From assembly GCA_965200875.1 (NCBI GenBank), contig OZ241456.1:1440001-1504000 (forward strand): 64,000 bases of DNA, written 5' to 3'. Source of the stretch: Bdellovibrionales bacterium (GTDB lineage: Bacteria > Bdellovibrionota > Bdellovibrionia > Bdellovibrionales > UBA1609). Below are positions 39,776 to 49,146 of this stretch, one piece after another. Numbering within the stretch: the first letter of the stretch is position 1; each line of letters begins with the position of its first letter. The notes beneath the pieces are model-generated. The model saw only the letters and a program-made list of their open reading frames with translations, was not told the origin of the DNA and did not search any database. Position numbers and translations under genes: made by a program.

Positions 39776-41212
39776 TTACCCTGTTTTTGGTTTTTTCATA
39801 CCTTTCCGAGTTGAAATTTTCTGATCAGATTTTTCCCTATGCAAAGATAAACGTGGTGGGGTAGTGGTAGTAGTGGTGCACCGGCCCACACGATTTGATT
39901 CATCCGACACTTGTAAAGTTTTTAAAGGTCGCCTGACGGATGCAGTGGTTATACCACTTTTAATGGCGTTCATAATGCCGACTGCCTCCAAATAATTTTC
40001 CGCTTGAAAAAACTGGCCTTTATTCCACGGCAAATCTGTTAAGCTGTTTTTCATTAAATTTTTGTTTTCTCTTACGGAAATAACTTTTATACCCTGTTCT
40101 AAAGCAGAAAGGGTAGGAAGCCCCAAACAACTTTCCGGGATAATCAAACAAGAAATATCTTTGGCAGAAATAATATCATTGGAATACAATATATTTTGAT
40201 TCGTGATAATTTTTGGACTTTTGTGCAATCCTTTAAGCACACAATGAAAAAAAGCAGTGGAAACAGCCTCTGCTGACATTCTGGCATCCACAACTCCAGA
40301 ATCCATATTGGCCACTTCAGGAGATTCAAACATAGGGGAATGAGCAGACGGAACATTAAATTTATAGGACACAGCATGAGTGAGCATAGCCTCCACCCCG
40401 CCCCAAGGGTTTACCATATTTCCTTCACTTAAGAAGTAATCTTTATGGTAGTTTTTAGGAACTTTGATAACAGAAGAAATAGCGACAGCATCATAGCTAT
40501 TTTCATTTTGCCGTAAAATGGAAAACAAATTGTTTATATCCTCAACCACTCCAACAGCTCTCTTGGAAGACGAATATTTTGTCCTCATGGAAATTGTTGG
40601 AGATAATTTGACAATTTCCAGACAGTCAATACCAAGGGTCGCTCTTGCTGAGTTAATGGAGTTTACAGCTGTGTTTTCAAATATTTTGTGCTTATTGGCA
40701 GATATAACCGCCAGAATTTTATTGGCTCTTACAGGCTTTAACCCTATAGCACCCATCATAAGTCTGCAAATAGAACTACCCTCAACATACAAGCTGTTTT
40801 CCGGCATTTCATTAATATCTGAAGCATTAAAAACATTAGGATGAGTGATGAGAGTATCACAGGAGCTGGCCAACAACCTAGCAACCGGTGTTGCATCTCC
40901 GGCATGACCACCAATTTCAGCTCCAATTCCTGTGGGAACTAAAAAAACAACATTAAATTTTTTTGTGGTTTCAAATTGACGCTTTTCAAACTGAAAAAGA
41001 TTTTCCGCCTCCTCAAAACCACTTATATATTTTGTGTCCAAAACCGCCACTTCACACTTATATTTTGGGCCGAGGCTATCTGTAATGGCCAGTCTGACAG
41101 GAAAAAGCCCTTTTTTTTTCAGTAAGTTGGAAACCTCTTTTTTAATATGAATCAGCGGACTTTGATGGTTTTTCTCTTTTGGTATAAGAATTTCTTTTTC
41201 AAAAAATTGCAT
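39776..41212 (-). CDS. DUF3326-family protein with N-terminal extension
   Basis: VPTGIGAEIGGHAGDA, LITHPNV.NA, YVEG, GGVEA, AHSP and NYLEAVG motifs. Confidence 0.85.
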   Translation of the reverse strand: MQFFEKEILIPKEKNHQSPLIHIKKEVSNLLKKKGLFPVRLAITDSLGPKYKCEVAVLDTKYISGFEEAENLFQFEKRQFETTKKFNVVFLVPTGIGAEIGGHAGDATPVARLLASSCDTLITHPNVFNASDINEMPENSLYVEGSSICRLMMGAIGLKPVRANKILAVISANKHKIFENTAVNSINSARATLGIDCLEIVKLSPTISMRTKYSSSKRAVGVVEDINNLFSILRQNENSYDAVAISSVIKVPKNYHKDYFLSEGNMVNPWGGVEAMLTHAVSYKFNVPSAHSPMFESPEVANMDSGVVDARMSAEAVSTAFFHCVLKGLHKSPKIITNQNILYSNDIISAKDISCLIIPESCLGLPTLSALEQGIKVISVRENKNLMKNSLTDLPWNKGQFFQAENYLEAVGIMNAIKSGITTASVRRPLKTLQVSDESNRVGRCTTTTTTPPRLSLHREKSDQKISTRKGMKKPKTG

Positions 41213-41219
41213 GAAACAT

Positions 41220-42575
41220 TTACCTTCCACAGTGGTTCATATAGTCGTCAAAAGTATAGCTTTTTACTTTTCTTAACTCAATATTGTTTTCTAGGCAATA
41301 AATATCAGGCAGGTTTATCCCATTAAACATATTGGCTTTTACAAGAGAATAACTGCCTACTTTGTGAAATACGACTTTTGAACCCATTTTAAGCGGGTTT
41401 TTAAAAAAATAAGTTCCAAAAATATCTCCCGCTAGGCAACTACAGCCCGCCAATATATACTTATAAGCCCTATCCTTCTTATTCTCAAAGACTTTTGTTG
41501 ATTTGTCCTCTTCGCCTTGTGGGCAGACTTGGTTTAGCACATCAGGTTGGTATTGATACTCAAACACTTCTGGCAGGTGGTTGGTTGTGGTGTCTAAAAC
41601 AGCAATATTTTCCCCATCTCTTTTAAAGATATCTATCACTGAAGAAATAAGATAAACACTATCTCTTACCAAAGAAGAACCTGGCTCTATTATAATATGT
41701 TTAAATTGATATTTCTTTTTAAGATACTGTATTAATTCGTAAAACTGAGATAAATTTTTCTCAGTGTTAAAAATATATCCTCCTCCCAGATTGATCCACT
41801 GAAACTGTTTAAAATATTGGCTGAGATAAGATTCTGTTTTTTTGAAAGTTTTTTTGAGTTCGGAAAAATTATGACTGTCACAATTATTATGAAAATGCAG
41901 TCCCTCTAAAGAGTTTTTAGAATTTAAACTATTTGAAGCACTCAGAAATTGTGCTATCTCCTTAAGGGGCACTCCCAGTTTTGAAGATTTTTTACAAGGG
42001 TTATAGCGGGTATCTTTAATAAAGGACAGCTCAGGGTTTAAGCGGATTCCATAGCTTATATGAGGATACAGTTTATCTTTAAAGCGAGAAAACTGTTCCA
42101 AAGAATTAAAGGTCATAAAATGAATATGTTTGGAAATATCGTCCCACTGGCTGGCTTTTATCCCGGGGCTTACAAAATGAATGGTATGTCGCTTATGGCT
42201 TTTATACTGAGTTTTTGTTTGCAACGAGGTTAAAGATTCCTCCAAAGGTTTTTCCGTTAAATTGGGTTTTTGTTTTATACCGGCCTTTTTTGAATTTTCC
42301 TCAGAAATCACAGACAAAGAATCATACTCTTTTGACATATAGTCAGCAAGCCGGGTTTCAAATACAGAGCTTACAGAAAAGCCTGTAACATATTTTGTAA
42401 TTTCTTTTAAAAGTTCTATATGTGAAAGAGATTTAACAGAGTAAATTAATTTAACATTTACCTGTTCTGAGATTTTTTTATGAATGGCCAGTCTGTTTTT
42501 TAAAATTTCTTTATCAAACAGAAAATAAGGAGTATCAACCGGCAGATGATTTTCATTTATCAGTTTGTCAATCAT
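41220..42575 (-). CDS. PLP-dependent group IV decarboxylase, carboxynorspermidine decarboxylase (NspC)-like
   Basis: YSVKS, SSVFE, GIRLNP, SKLG, GLHFH, NLGGG, EPG, SCLAGD and VKANMFNGINLP motifs. Confidence 0.85.
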   Translation of the reverse strand: MIDKLINENHLPVDTPYFLFDKEILKNRLAIHKKISEQVNVKLIYSVKSLSHIELLKEITKYVTGFSVSSVFETRLADYMSKEYDSLSVISEENSKKAGIKQKPNLTEKPLEESLTSLQTKTQYKSHKRHTIHFVSPGIKASQWDDISKHIHFMTFNSLEQFSRFKDKLYPHISYGIRLNPELSFIKDTRYNPCKKSSKLGVPLKEIAQFLSASNSLNSKNSLEGLHFHNNCDSHNFSELKKTFKKTESYLSQYFKQFQWINLGGGYIFNTEKNLSQFYELIQYLKKKYQFKHIIIEPGSSLVRDSVYLISSVIDIFKRDGENIAVLDTTTNHLPEVFEYQYQPDVLNQVCPQGEEDKSTKVFENKKDRAYKYILAGCSCLAGDIFGTYFFKNPLKMGSKVVFHKVGSYSLVKANMFNGINLPDIYCLENNIELRKVKSYTFDDYMNHCGR

Positions 42576-42700
42576 TATTGGTTTCCACTTGGTGCATCTA
42601 CTCCCTCTTACTTTGTACGGAAATGTTTCATCCTTTTTCATAAAACTGAAAAGCCAAGTTGTTGGCTTTTCAGTCCCGTGAAATCGATGAAATATCAAAA

Positions 42701-42916
42701 TCAAGACTTGTTTTTCAGCTTTTTGATTTCCTCTTCAGAAAGACCGGTCATCTCAGAAATAACGGAAAACTTAAAATTACTTTTTAGCATATTAAGTACC
42801 ACTTCCTGACGACCTTCCTGACGGCCTTCCTGACGGCCTTTTTGCATACCTTCTCTTAGACCTTTCTGCATGCCTTCTTGTATACCCACTAATTTAATCT
42901 CTTCTCTTATATCCAT
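42701..42916 (-). CDS. Putative intragenic small protein (RpnS-like, 71 aa)
   Basis: In-frame ATG preceded by AAGAGGAGGTTAT. Confidence 0.65.
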   Translation of the reverse strand: MDIREEIKLVGIQEGMQKGLREGMQKGRQEGRQEGRQEVVLNMLKSNFKFSVISEMTGLSEEEIKKLKNKS

Positions 42917-43735
42917 ATAACCTCCTCTTTTTAATAAACTTCTTTCTATTGCCAACTGCTCAACTCTTTTCCATAACTCAACACTCACTCCACCCGCTGA
43001 CTTCAAATAATCCACTGCACTTAATATCAAATCCTCTCGCTTTCCCGAAAAAACTGAAAACGCAGACACAAACTCCAACAACTCCGGCACACTCTTCTTT
43101 AAAAACCATATCTTGCTTAGCAATGCTAATGCTCCACGGCTTTGAATGTTTGGATCCTTTAAAGCTTTTTGAACTTGTGGATCATGGGTGTCCAACAATT
43201 TTAACTTGTAATCTAACATACTTTTACGAAAGGAAACAGGAATTTTATTAAAAAACAGTCCAAAAATGGCTTCCTGAAAAGAAATGGGCCAGCTCCAAGG
43301 CTTTTTTCCATGATAAAACACAATGGGAATAACAGCTATAATGTTGTCTGACTTCCGTTCATAGAGAAGAGTCTGATAGGATAAGACTTGCCGGAAGAGG
43401 TTTTTATTGTAAGAGGACTTGTGTTCCAGAAGGATACAGAACTGAAACTTGGCAGAAGGGTTGTCTTTAAGAGCGACTGTAAAAACCAAGTCTGCCCTTT
43501 TATCTTTTAAACTGTCTTTTTCCACTTTTAAAGTATCCCAGTCGCAGGCTGAAAATTCTTCTGGAGATAAGACCAGTTTAAAGATCTCTTTGGCAAATGC
43601 AATTTCTGAAAAAAATCTTTTAAAGAATCTATCGTGCAGATTATCCAAAGTTTTGCCTGCCGACACTGCTATTATTTTTTTCGCCTTTGATTTTTTCAAT
43701 AATTTTTTTTGAAATTTAACTGGTTGTTTTGTCAT
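42701..43735 (-). CDS. Rpn-family recombination-promoting nuclease / putative transposase (YhgA-like)
   Basis: HDRFFKRFF, RADLVF, LLEHKS and IPIVFYHG motifs; G(R/M)Q(E/K) repeat tail; SD AAGGAG. Confidence 0.92.
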   Translation of the reverse strand: MTKQPVKFQKKLLKKSKAKKIIAVSAGKTLDNLHDRFFKRFFSEIAFAKEIFKLVLSPEEFSACDWDTLKVEKDSLKDKRADLVFTVALKDNPSAKFQFCILLEHKSSYNKNLFRQVLSYQTLLYERKSDNIIAVIPIVFYHGKKPWSWPISFQEAIFGLFFNKIPVSFRKSMLDYKLKLLDTHDPQVQKALKDPNIQSRGALALLSKIWFLKKSVPELLEFVSAFSVFSGKREDLILSAVDYLKSAGGVSVELWKRVEQLAIERSLLKRGGYMDIREEIKLVGIQEGMQKGLREGMQKGRQEGRQEGRQEVVLNMLKSNFKFSVISEMTGLSEEEIKKLKNKS

Positions 43736-44303
43736 GACAGTCTCCTTTGTTATGTTGGTTTACATTTTTAAACCATAGTTTCTGAATAAAGAACAGGAAT
43801 TTTTTATATTGGATGAGTTTGATTTTTTAACTGGCACAATAGATAACCTAATGAGTTGTTCCTGATAGTAAAAAAAACCGATCATCTATAATGAGGCTTT
43901 ATTAAACATTTTCTCTATTTGTTTTACAGGATCAGAATGATTTTTTTGAATGAATATCAAAAACTTGTTTTAAGTAAACTAAACTCCGAAGTTTCTCAGG
44001 AATTAAAAGAAGCTTTTATTGTTTTAAGAAAAGTCTGTGAACAGGACTAAGCATATACAACAAAATCCGTTGTCCAAGAAAATGGCCTTGAGTAAGGCTT
44101 TGAAAGGGTAGGAGATAGTGTAAAGTGTGTACTTTTTTTTACAGTAGTGTAAAGTTTTCACTATCTTTAAAAAATTATTGCAAACACACTTAAAGTCCTT
44201 TATTTATAAGCTTGCATAGCAAGATTCCCGTTTTCAAGGGACTGTAAAAAAACAACAACTTGGCTTTTCATCTGGAATTTTAACAAAAAATCAGGAGGAT
44301 TGT

Positions 44304-45143
44304 ATGAAAAAATTAATGTATTATTTGATGGTGGTTTTTGTTCCACTGTTACCACTTTCGGGTTATGCCCATGTACCTCCAAAGCCAAGTGATCATACGG
44401 ATAGCCACAAGATAAATAATTTTTCTCTTGGTCCTCAGGAGATTTTAGCAGTGGAAGAGCAAGCTTCTCAGATGAAAGCAGGTCTTGAGCATTTAGGTGC
44501 AGGTGACATTCAGAGGATGTTTGTTCTTCCTAGAAAAGAGAGTGTATCATCAGAATCGTCTGAAAGTGAGGGAATGGTTCGTGTGGCTTTTTTGGATACG
44601 GCGAAGAAATGTTTTGTGTATGACAGCATGACCAAAGAGATGGTTATTTGTGATGAGGAAGATACAGTTTTGGTGAGAGATTCAGAAGAGGTTTTAGCGA
44701 GTTCTCTTTCTTCGTATGCTCCTGTTGATTCTTCTTTTATTCCGGTGGGAGCTTTACAAACGGCTGGCTTAAGAGATTTTATATGTACTTATGAAACCGA
44801 GATAAAAATAGGAGCAGGAGTATTAGCAATAGCAGGAACATTAATAATAGCAAAAGCATTTGCAATAACAGGAGGAGCAATAGCAGTAACAGGAGCACTT
44901 TTAGGAGGAGCAACTGGAATAGCATTAGTAAACGCAGGAATACAAGAAACATATTTGGGATTAGGAACAGGAGCAGGAGCATTAGCAATAGCAGGAGGAG
45001 TAACACAATTCACTGGAGCAAAAGTAGGAGCATTAGTTTCTGCAATAAGCTTACCAACAACACTAGCATTACTAGGAGCAGTGGCAGTAACAGGATCAGC
45101 AAAAGGGATAATTGCTTTCTCTTTATGTCCGACAAGAGGTTAA
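44304..45143 (+). CDS. Secreted protein with Gly/Ala-rich hydrophobic (glycine-zipper) C-terminal domain
   Basis: SD AGGAGG; signal peptide ending GYA; GAGxLAIAG duplication and GxxxG motifs. Confidence 0.85.
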   Translation: MKKLMYYLMVVFVPLLPLSGYAHVPPKPSDHTDSHKINNFSLGPQEILAVEEQASQMKAGLEHLGAGDIQRMFVLPRKESVSSESSESEGMVRVAFLDTAKKCFVYDSMTKEMVICDEEDTVLVRDSEEVLASSLSSYAPVDSSFIPVGALQTAGLRDFICTYETEIKIGAGVLAIAGTLIIAKAFAITGGAIAVTGALLGGATGIALVNAGIQETYLGLGTGAGALAIAGGVTQFTGAKVGALVSAISLPTTLALLGAVAVTGSAKGIIAFSLCPTRG

Positions 45144-45181
45144 TTTAGTCAGGGTGACTAAGTCTGTTTAGTGGACAAGTG

Positions 45182-45275
45182 CTTTTTACAAGAAAACAAA
45201 TGGTTTTGTTGTAAAACCTAGCAGTTTTTTCTGAACCTTTTATAAAAAAAATCAAGTAATCACAGTGCGTTAACA
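45182..45275 (+). repeat. Dispersed intergenic repeat, copy B
   Basis: High similarity to copy A over ~85 bp. Confidence 0.85.
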
Positions 45276-45288
45276 GCCTCCTGAAAAA

Positions 45289-46391
45289 TCAGAAATAATT
45301 AAATTCTACTTTACTCTGTAAAATAATTTCATTAAAAATCTCATCAGTATAACCATCTTTGACAGCTGATTTAAAGCATTCGTGTAATTGATTGATATTG
45401 ATGATTTCTTCGATACTTTCCATATATTTTTCCACTACTTTTTTTATAGAGTAAATTCTTATTGCGTCAGTTTTTATTTTTTCCAAAATTTTTTGTTTAC
45501 TGTCTTTTGATTTCACTACAAAAGTTACTGGATATCGGTGTATTTTATCGATATCTAAAAAATATTTTTTTACATCTAAAGTTTCCGTTACCTGAAAAAA
45601 TCTCCCCAAGGGTTTCATTACAAAATCAATACCACCATCATTAGCATTTGTTCTACCAGTCTTGTAGAGTGTTAATTTATCTTCTTTAATTTGATCTACT
45701 TCAAAACCCCAATAGATTTTTTGATCATTGTAATGATATTTTAAAATAGAATAACTCACTATTTCAAATAATCTGGCATCCATATTTGGTTTAAGTAAAT
45801 TAAAAATGAAACGTACCATTTCACTTGATTTCTTTTTCTGAGTTTTTTGTAAGGTAAGACAATGTTTTATAAATTGTTCTAAAGATTCTTTTTTAACTTT
45901 TGCGTATTGATCAATAATTTCCAGAATAGCACAAGCTAAATTATATTTTTTTCTACCAAATTTAATTTTAATAAGATTTTCATTAATCCAATATCTGTTA
46001 GTTTCAAGATTTCTTAAAATCGGTGTATATTCAGAATGTGGAAAAAATTTTTCAAATTCTGCATTCATTCGATTATTTAAAGCATGGTTTTGTAACTTGG
46101 CACCAAAAGGTAGCTCTCTTTGTCGTTTAAATAGTTTAGTAAACTCCACTCCTTCATATTTTGAATAATCATTTTTTTTGTCAAATCCTTTATTTAAGTA
46201 ATCCTCTATAATGACATAAATTGCATATAAGTTTGCAAAACTGCCTCGTGCTTTCGAACCTCTATTTGCTGATTTTGTTTTGATATTTATATATTGTAAC
46301 AAGTGGCTTTTCCAAAAAGATTGTCACTAACTTTTGAAAAGTGTGCATTTAATATCTTTTTCATTACAAGTGTGAATTGGTGTTCCATCAT
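45289..46391 (-). pseudogene. Type II restriction endonuclease-like gene, apparently frameshifted near 46310 (long frame 45289-46302)
   Basis: GRTNANDGGIDF...FQVTE PD-(D/E)XK-like motif; adjacent to an MTase; upstream MMEHQF frame is one base out. Confidence 0.7.
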
Positions 46392-46418
46392 TTTTAGACT
46401 CATGGTTAAAGTATAACT

Positions 46419-47279
46419 TTAAAGAAAAGAAAGCTCATGTTGTAATTCATTTGTTTTTTGTTTATAGTTTTTGACTTCCTTTTTCAAAGCTTTGCCTTTA
46501 TATTTTTTTTGAATAGAAAGCCTCCTTAATCCGATTTTTACATAATCTTCCTGTAACTCTATCCCTAATGATCTTCTTTCCAGCTTTTTAGCGACAAATG
46601 ATGTTGTAAAAGTGCCAGAAAAAAGATCCAACACAAGTTCTCCTTTATGAGAGCTGGCTTTAACAATTCGTTCCAGTAAAGCCACTGGTTTTTGGGTAGG
46701 ATGATTTTCATATTCTTCCATCCGATAGCGCACTCTGGGGAACTCCCAAACATTACCAGGAACTTTTTTTGAATTATACACTTGTGGAGGGGTTTTTCTG
46801 TAGTCTATTAATTGTCTCGTTGCTCCTGTTTTTGCTGAAACTAATATATCTTTCGCATTAAATGTGTATTGGTTTTTATCTTTTACGCAAAACAAAATGG
46901 GTTCATATAAAGAACCATAATATTTTTTTGCCTGTACACCGGAGCTATCATAATACCACACTATGCGAGATAAAATAGAAAGTTTCCCGCGAAGAAAAAT
47001 ATCAAAATAGGGCATAAATTGAGTGGATGTCATAACATACATACTCCCGTTCGGTTTTAGTTTTTCGATAGATAAGTCCAACCATTTATAGCACCATTTT
47101 ATATAATGTTGATCATTATTCCATTTATCCTTATAACCATTAAAGTTTTTCCCGATATTGTAAGGAGGATCAATAAAAATTAAGTCAACTGTATTATCGC
47201 CGATGGTCTGCAAAGCCTCAATGACATCACCCATAATTATTTTATGGGTTTTGTTTCCAAATATTTTTACTTTCTTCAT
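46419..47279 (-). CDS. N6-adenine/N4-cytosine DNA methyltransferase, beta class, YhdJ-like
   Basis: IDPPY before HPTQKP and DLFSGTFTT; SSGVQAKKYYGSLYEPIL and PRVRYRMEEYENHPTQKP resemble YhdJ. Confidence 0.92.
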   Translation of the reverse strand: MKKVKIFGNKTHKIIMGDVIEALQTIGDNTVDLIFIDPPYNIGKNFNGYKDKWNNDQHYIKWCYKWLDLSIEKLKPNGSMYVMTSTQFMPYFDIFLRGKLSILSRIVWYYDSSGVQAKKYYGSLYEPILFCVKDKNQYTFNAKDILVSAKTGATRQLIDYRKTPPQVYNSKKVPGNVWEFPRVRYRMEEYENHPTQKPVALLERIVKASSHKGELVLDLFSGTFTTSFVAKKLERRSLGIELQEDYVKIGLRRLSIQKKYKGKALKKEVKNYKQKTNELQHELSFL

Positions 47280-47297
47280 ATTATTAATTCTGGTACA

Positions 47298-47747
47298 TTA
47301 TAAATGTGTTATTTTTATAGTGTCCTTTGTCCATTTTTTTTCGAGATATTCCATAACCAATCTCCGATGACAATGTTCAGGTTCATGTTCACTGCATAGC
47401 AAACAACCACGATGTAATATGTGTTTTATGTCTTGCTCTTCAATACGCCTTTTAGCCATAAGTTCCAAAAAATTATCTTCGTAAACTGTCCAGTCTCCTT
47501 TGTTTTTTTTGTACTCATCCAAAATAATTTTTGTTGGGGCCATGTCAGGAATATGAATATAATCCATGTCAGTTAGTGTTTTCAGGAAATAAATCAGATC
47601 ATTTTTTTTCGCAAAACCTGCAAGTTGAGAGACATTGTTTAACCGAACATCCACTATTCGTTTTGCTCCAGATTGCTTCAGTTTTTCAAAAAAATCTTTA
47701 GCTGTCTTTTTCGTAAAACCAATGGTATAAGTTTCAATAGTGTTCAT
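47298..47747 (-). CDS. DUF488-family protein (short type)
   Basis: TIGFTKK, DVRLNN.SQLAGFAK and LLCSE....CHRRLV motifs. Confidence 0.9.
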   Translation of the reverse strand: MNTIETYTIGFTKKTAKDFFEKLKQSGAKRIVDVRLNNVSQLAGFAKKNDLIYFLKTLTDMDYIHIPDMAPTKIILDEYKKNKGDWTVYEDNFLELMAKRRIEEQDIKHILHRGCLLCSEHEPEHCHRRLVMEYLEKKWTKDTIKITHL

Positions 47748-47781
47748 ATTTTTTTATTTTATCCTTTAACCAGCCCAATCT

Positions 47782-48423
47782 TTAAGAAAAAAAACTAGGA
47801 TTATTTACAAAAGGTTCTTCAAGAGGATTGGAGATTGTTTTGTCAATATAGGCAATTTTTTGAGCTTGTAGGTCGTAAGCCTCTTCAATACATTCTTTTT
47901 CGGTTCTGAACATGTGCGGGGTTAGTTTAAATTTATCCATCAGTGTTTTTTCCATTTCCCGGTGCGTAAACACAGCACCATCTGGGAGTATATGCTTAAT
48001 TTCAGAAACATTTTCTTTTCGGCAAAGTTCCCGACAAACCAAGATCATTCTATGACACTTGAAAGGGTCTCCTTCAGAACACATAAGAGCGATATTGCAC
48101 ACGCTCAGTTTTTCCACAATTTGGCGTAAAGCTTCCTGAAAAACAAACAACTTGGCTACACGACTGTATTGTAGCCTTCCTTTATTGTCATAACAAGAAG
48201 GATTACTTATTCTGCCTCCCAGTTTACCACCCATAAACAAATACAAAATGTTATTTTTAAGTAATTCTTTTTCTATAAGCTCTTTGTTAAAAACCTTATT
48301 ATATTTGCTGTAGGGCTTTGACCTAACATCCCACACTTCCTGAATAGAATATTGGTTAAGCAGTTCCATAAACCGGACTGGCGTATGTGTGGAATGACCT
48401 ATTGTAAAAAGAGTATTTTTCAT
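47782..48423 (-). CDS. DUF488-family protein (long type)
   Basis: TIGHS, DVRSKPYS, LGGR and LMCSEGDPFKCHR motifs. Confidence 0.9.
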   Translation of the reverse strand: MKNTLFTIGHSTHTPVRFMELLNQYSIQEVWDVRSKPYSKYNKVFNKELIEKELLKNNILYLFMGGKLGGRISNPSCYDNKGRLQYSRVAKLFVFQEALRQIVEKLSVCNIALMCSEGDPFKCHRMILVCRELCRKENVSEIKHILPDGAVFTHREMEKTLMDKFKLTPHMFRTEKECIEEAYDLQAQKIAYIDKTISNPLEEPFVNNPSFFS

Positions 48424-48471
48424 TGGTGTTTATTTTTCCTCAGGTTTAAGATATAAAGCCCTCACAATTAT

Positions 48472-49146
48472 TTAAAATGGCGGATCTTTAATAATGGAAG
48501 CTACTAATTTATAGTAATATCCCTCAAACTCCGCTACACTGACACATAAATATACATTATGTACATTGTATATGCCATTTTGTTTTTTTAAAAAATAATG
48601 CTCTGCCCTTGGATCTGTAATGGCCAAGTTATATTCATCTTTATTAGAATGAAATATAGCGCGTGTTTTTCGCTTTCCATTGAAAGAGCTTAACACTTCT
48701 ATTGTTAAATTTTCAAGATAAATCAAATACAACGATGAGCATAATGTCAGGTTATTATGTGTAACCGTAAAACGGTCATTATGCCCGTTGGAGCTGTGCA
48801 ATCCATTTACCCATAACTTTGAAGGTTTATCTGTCATAAAACCCAGACTGTTATAGTGTGATCTGCCGATTTTTCTCCAATGAGAATTGGAATCAATAAG
48901 ATGATTTTCCGGTTGAAGATTATGTCGCTTATGTTGGAGAAATCTAATGGATATAATATCCAACAACTGAGGATAATCTCCATTTTCAAGCATCCGCTCT
49001 TCTTCTGATATTTCTTCTGTGTGTCGGTTGCTGACAGGTCTTATCCATTGATCGGGCTGATTACTGATTATTTCTTTCCCGGCGATACATCGCCCGGATT
49101 TTTTTCTGGAGTTAGCCAGACAAACTATTCTTTTTTCATAACTCAT
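48472..49146 (-). CDS. Dual OB-fold domain protein
   Basis: IVCLANSRK.SGRCIAG...WIRPV...QPEN...SLYLI...ITDP...YKLVASII pattern. Confidence 0.8.
   Translation of the reverse strand: MSYEKRIVCLANSRKKSGRCIAGKEIISNQPDQWIRPVSNRHTEEISEEERMLENGDYPQLLDIISIRFLQHKRHNLQPENHLIDSNSHWRKIGRSHYNSLGFMTDKPSKLWVNGLHSSNGHNDRFTVTHNNLTLCSSLYLIYLENLTIEVLSSFNGKRKTRAIFHSNKDEYNLAITDPRAEHYFLKKQNGIYNVHNVYLCVSVAEFEGYYYKLVASIIKDPPF

Noticed and set aside
42576..42704. Rpn-overlapping N-terminal extension of the decarboxylase
   Set aside because: Family-like sequence begins at MIDK...TPYF. The extension has a TTG start inside the Rpn stop region and no SD.
23043..43251. Two near-identical 100-aa + strand ORFs (23043-23345, 42949-43251)
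   Set aside because: Antisense shadows of the duplicated Rpn sequence; their conservation follows from the duplication.
42701..43735. Rpn as an IS transposase with terminal inverted repeats
   Set aside because: No terminal inverted repeats or target duplication seen around either copy; homology extends only ~13 bp past the stop.
44779..45013. Poly-Leu and Pro/Ala-rich minus-strand ORFs
   Set aside because: Artefacts of the A-ending codon bias of the glycine-zipper gene.
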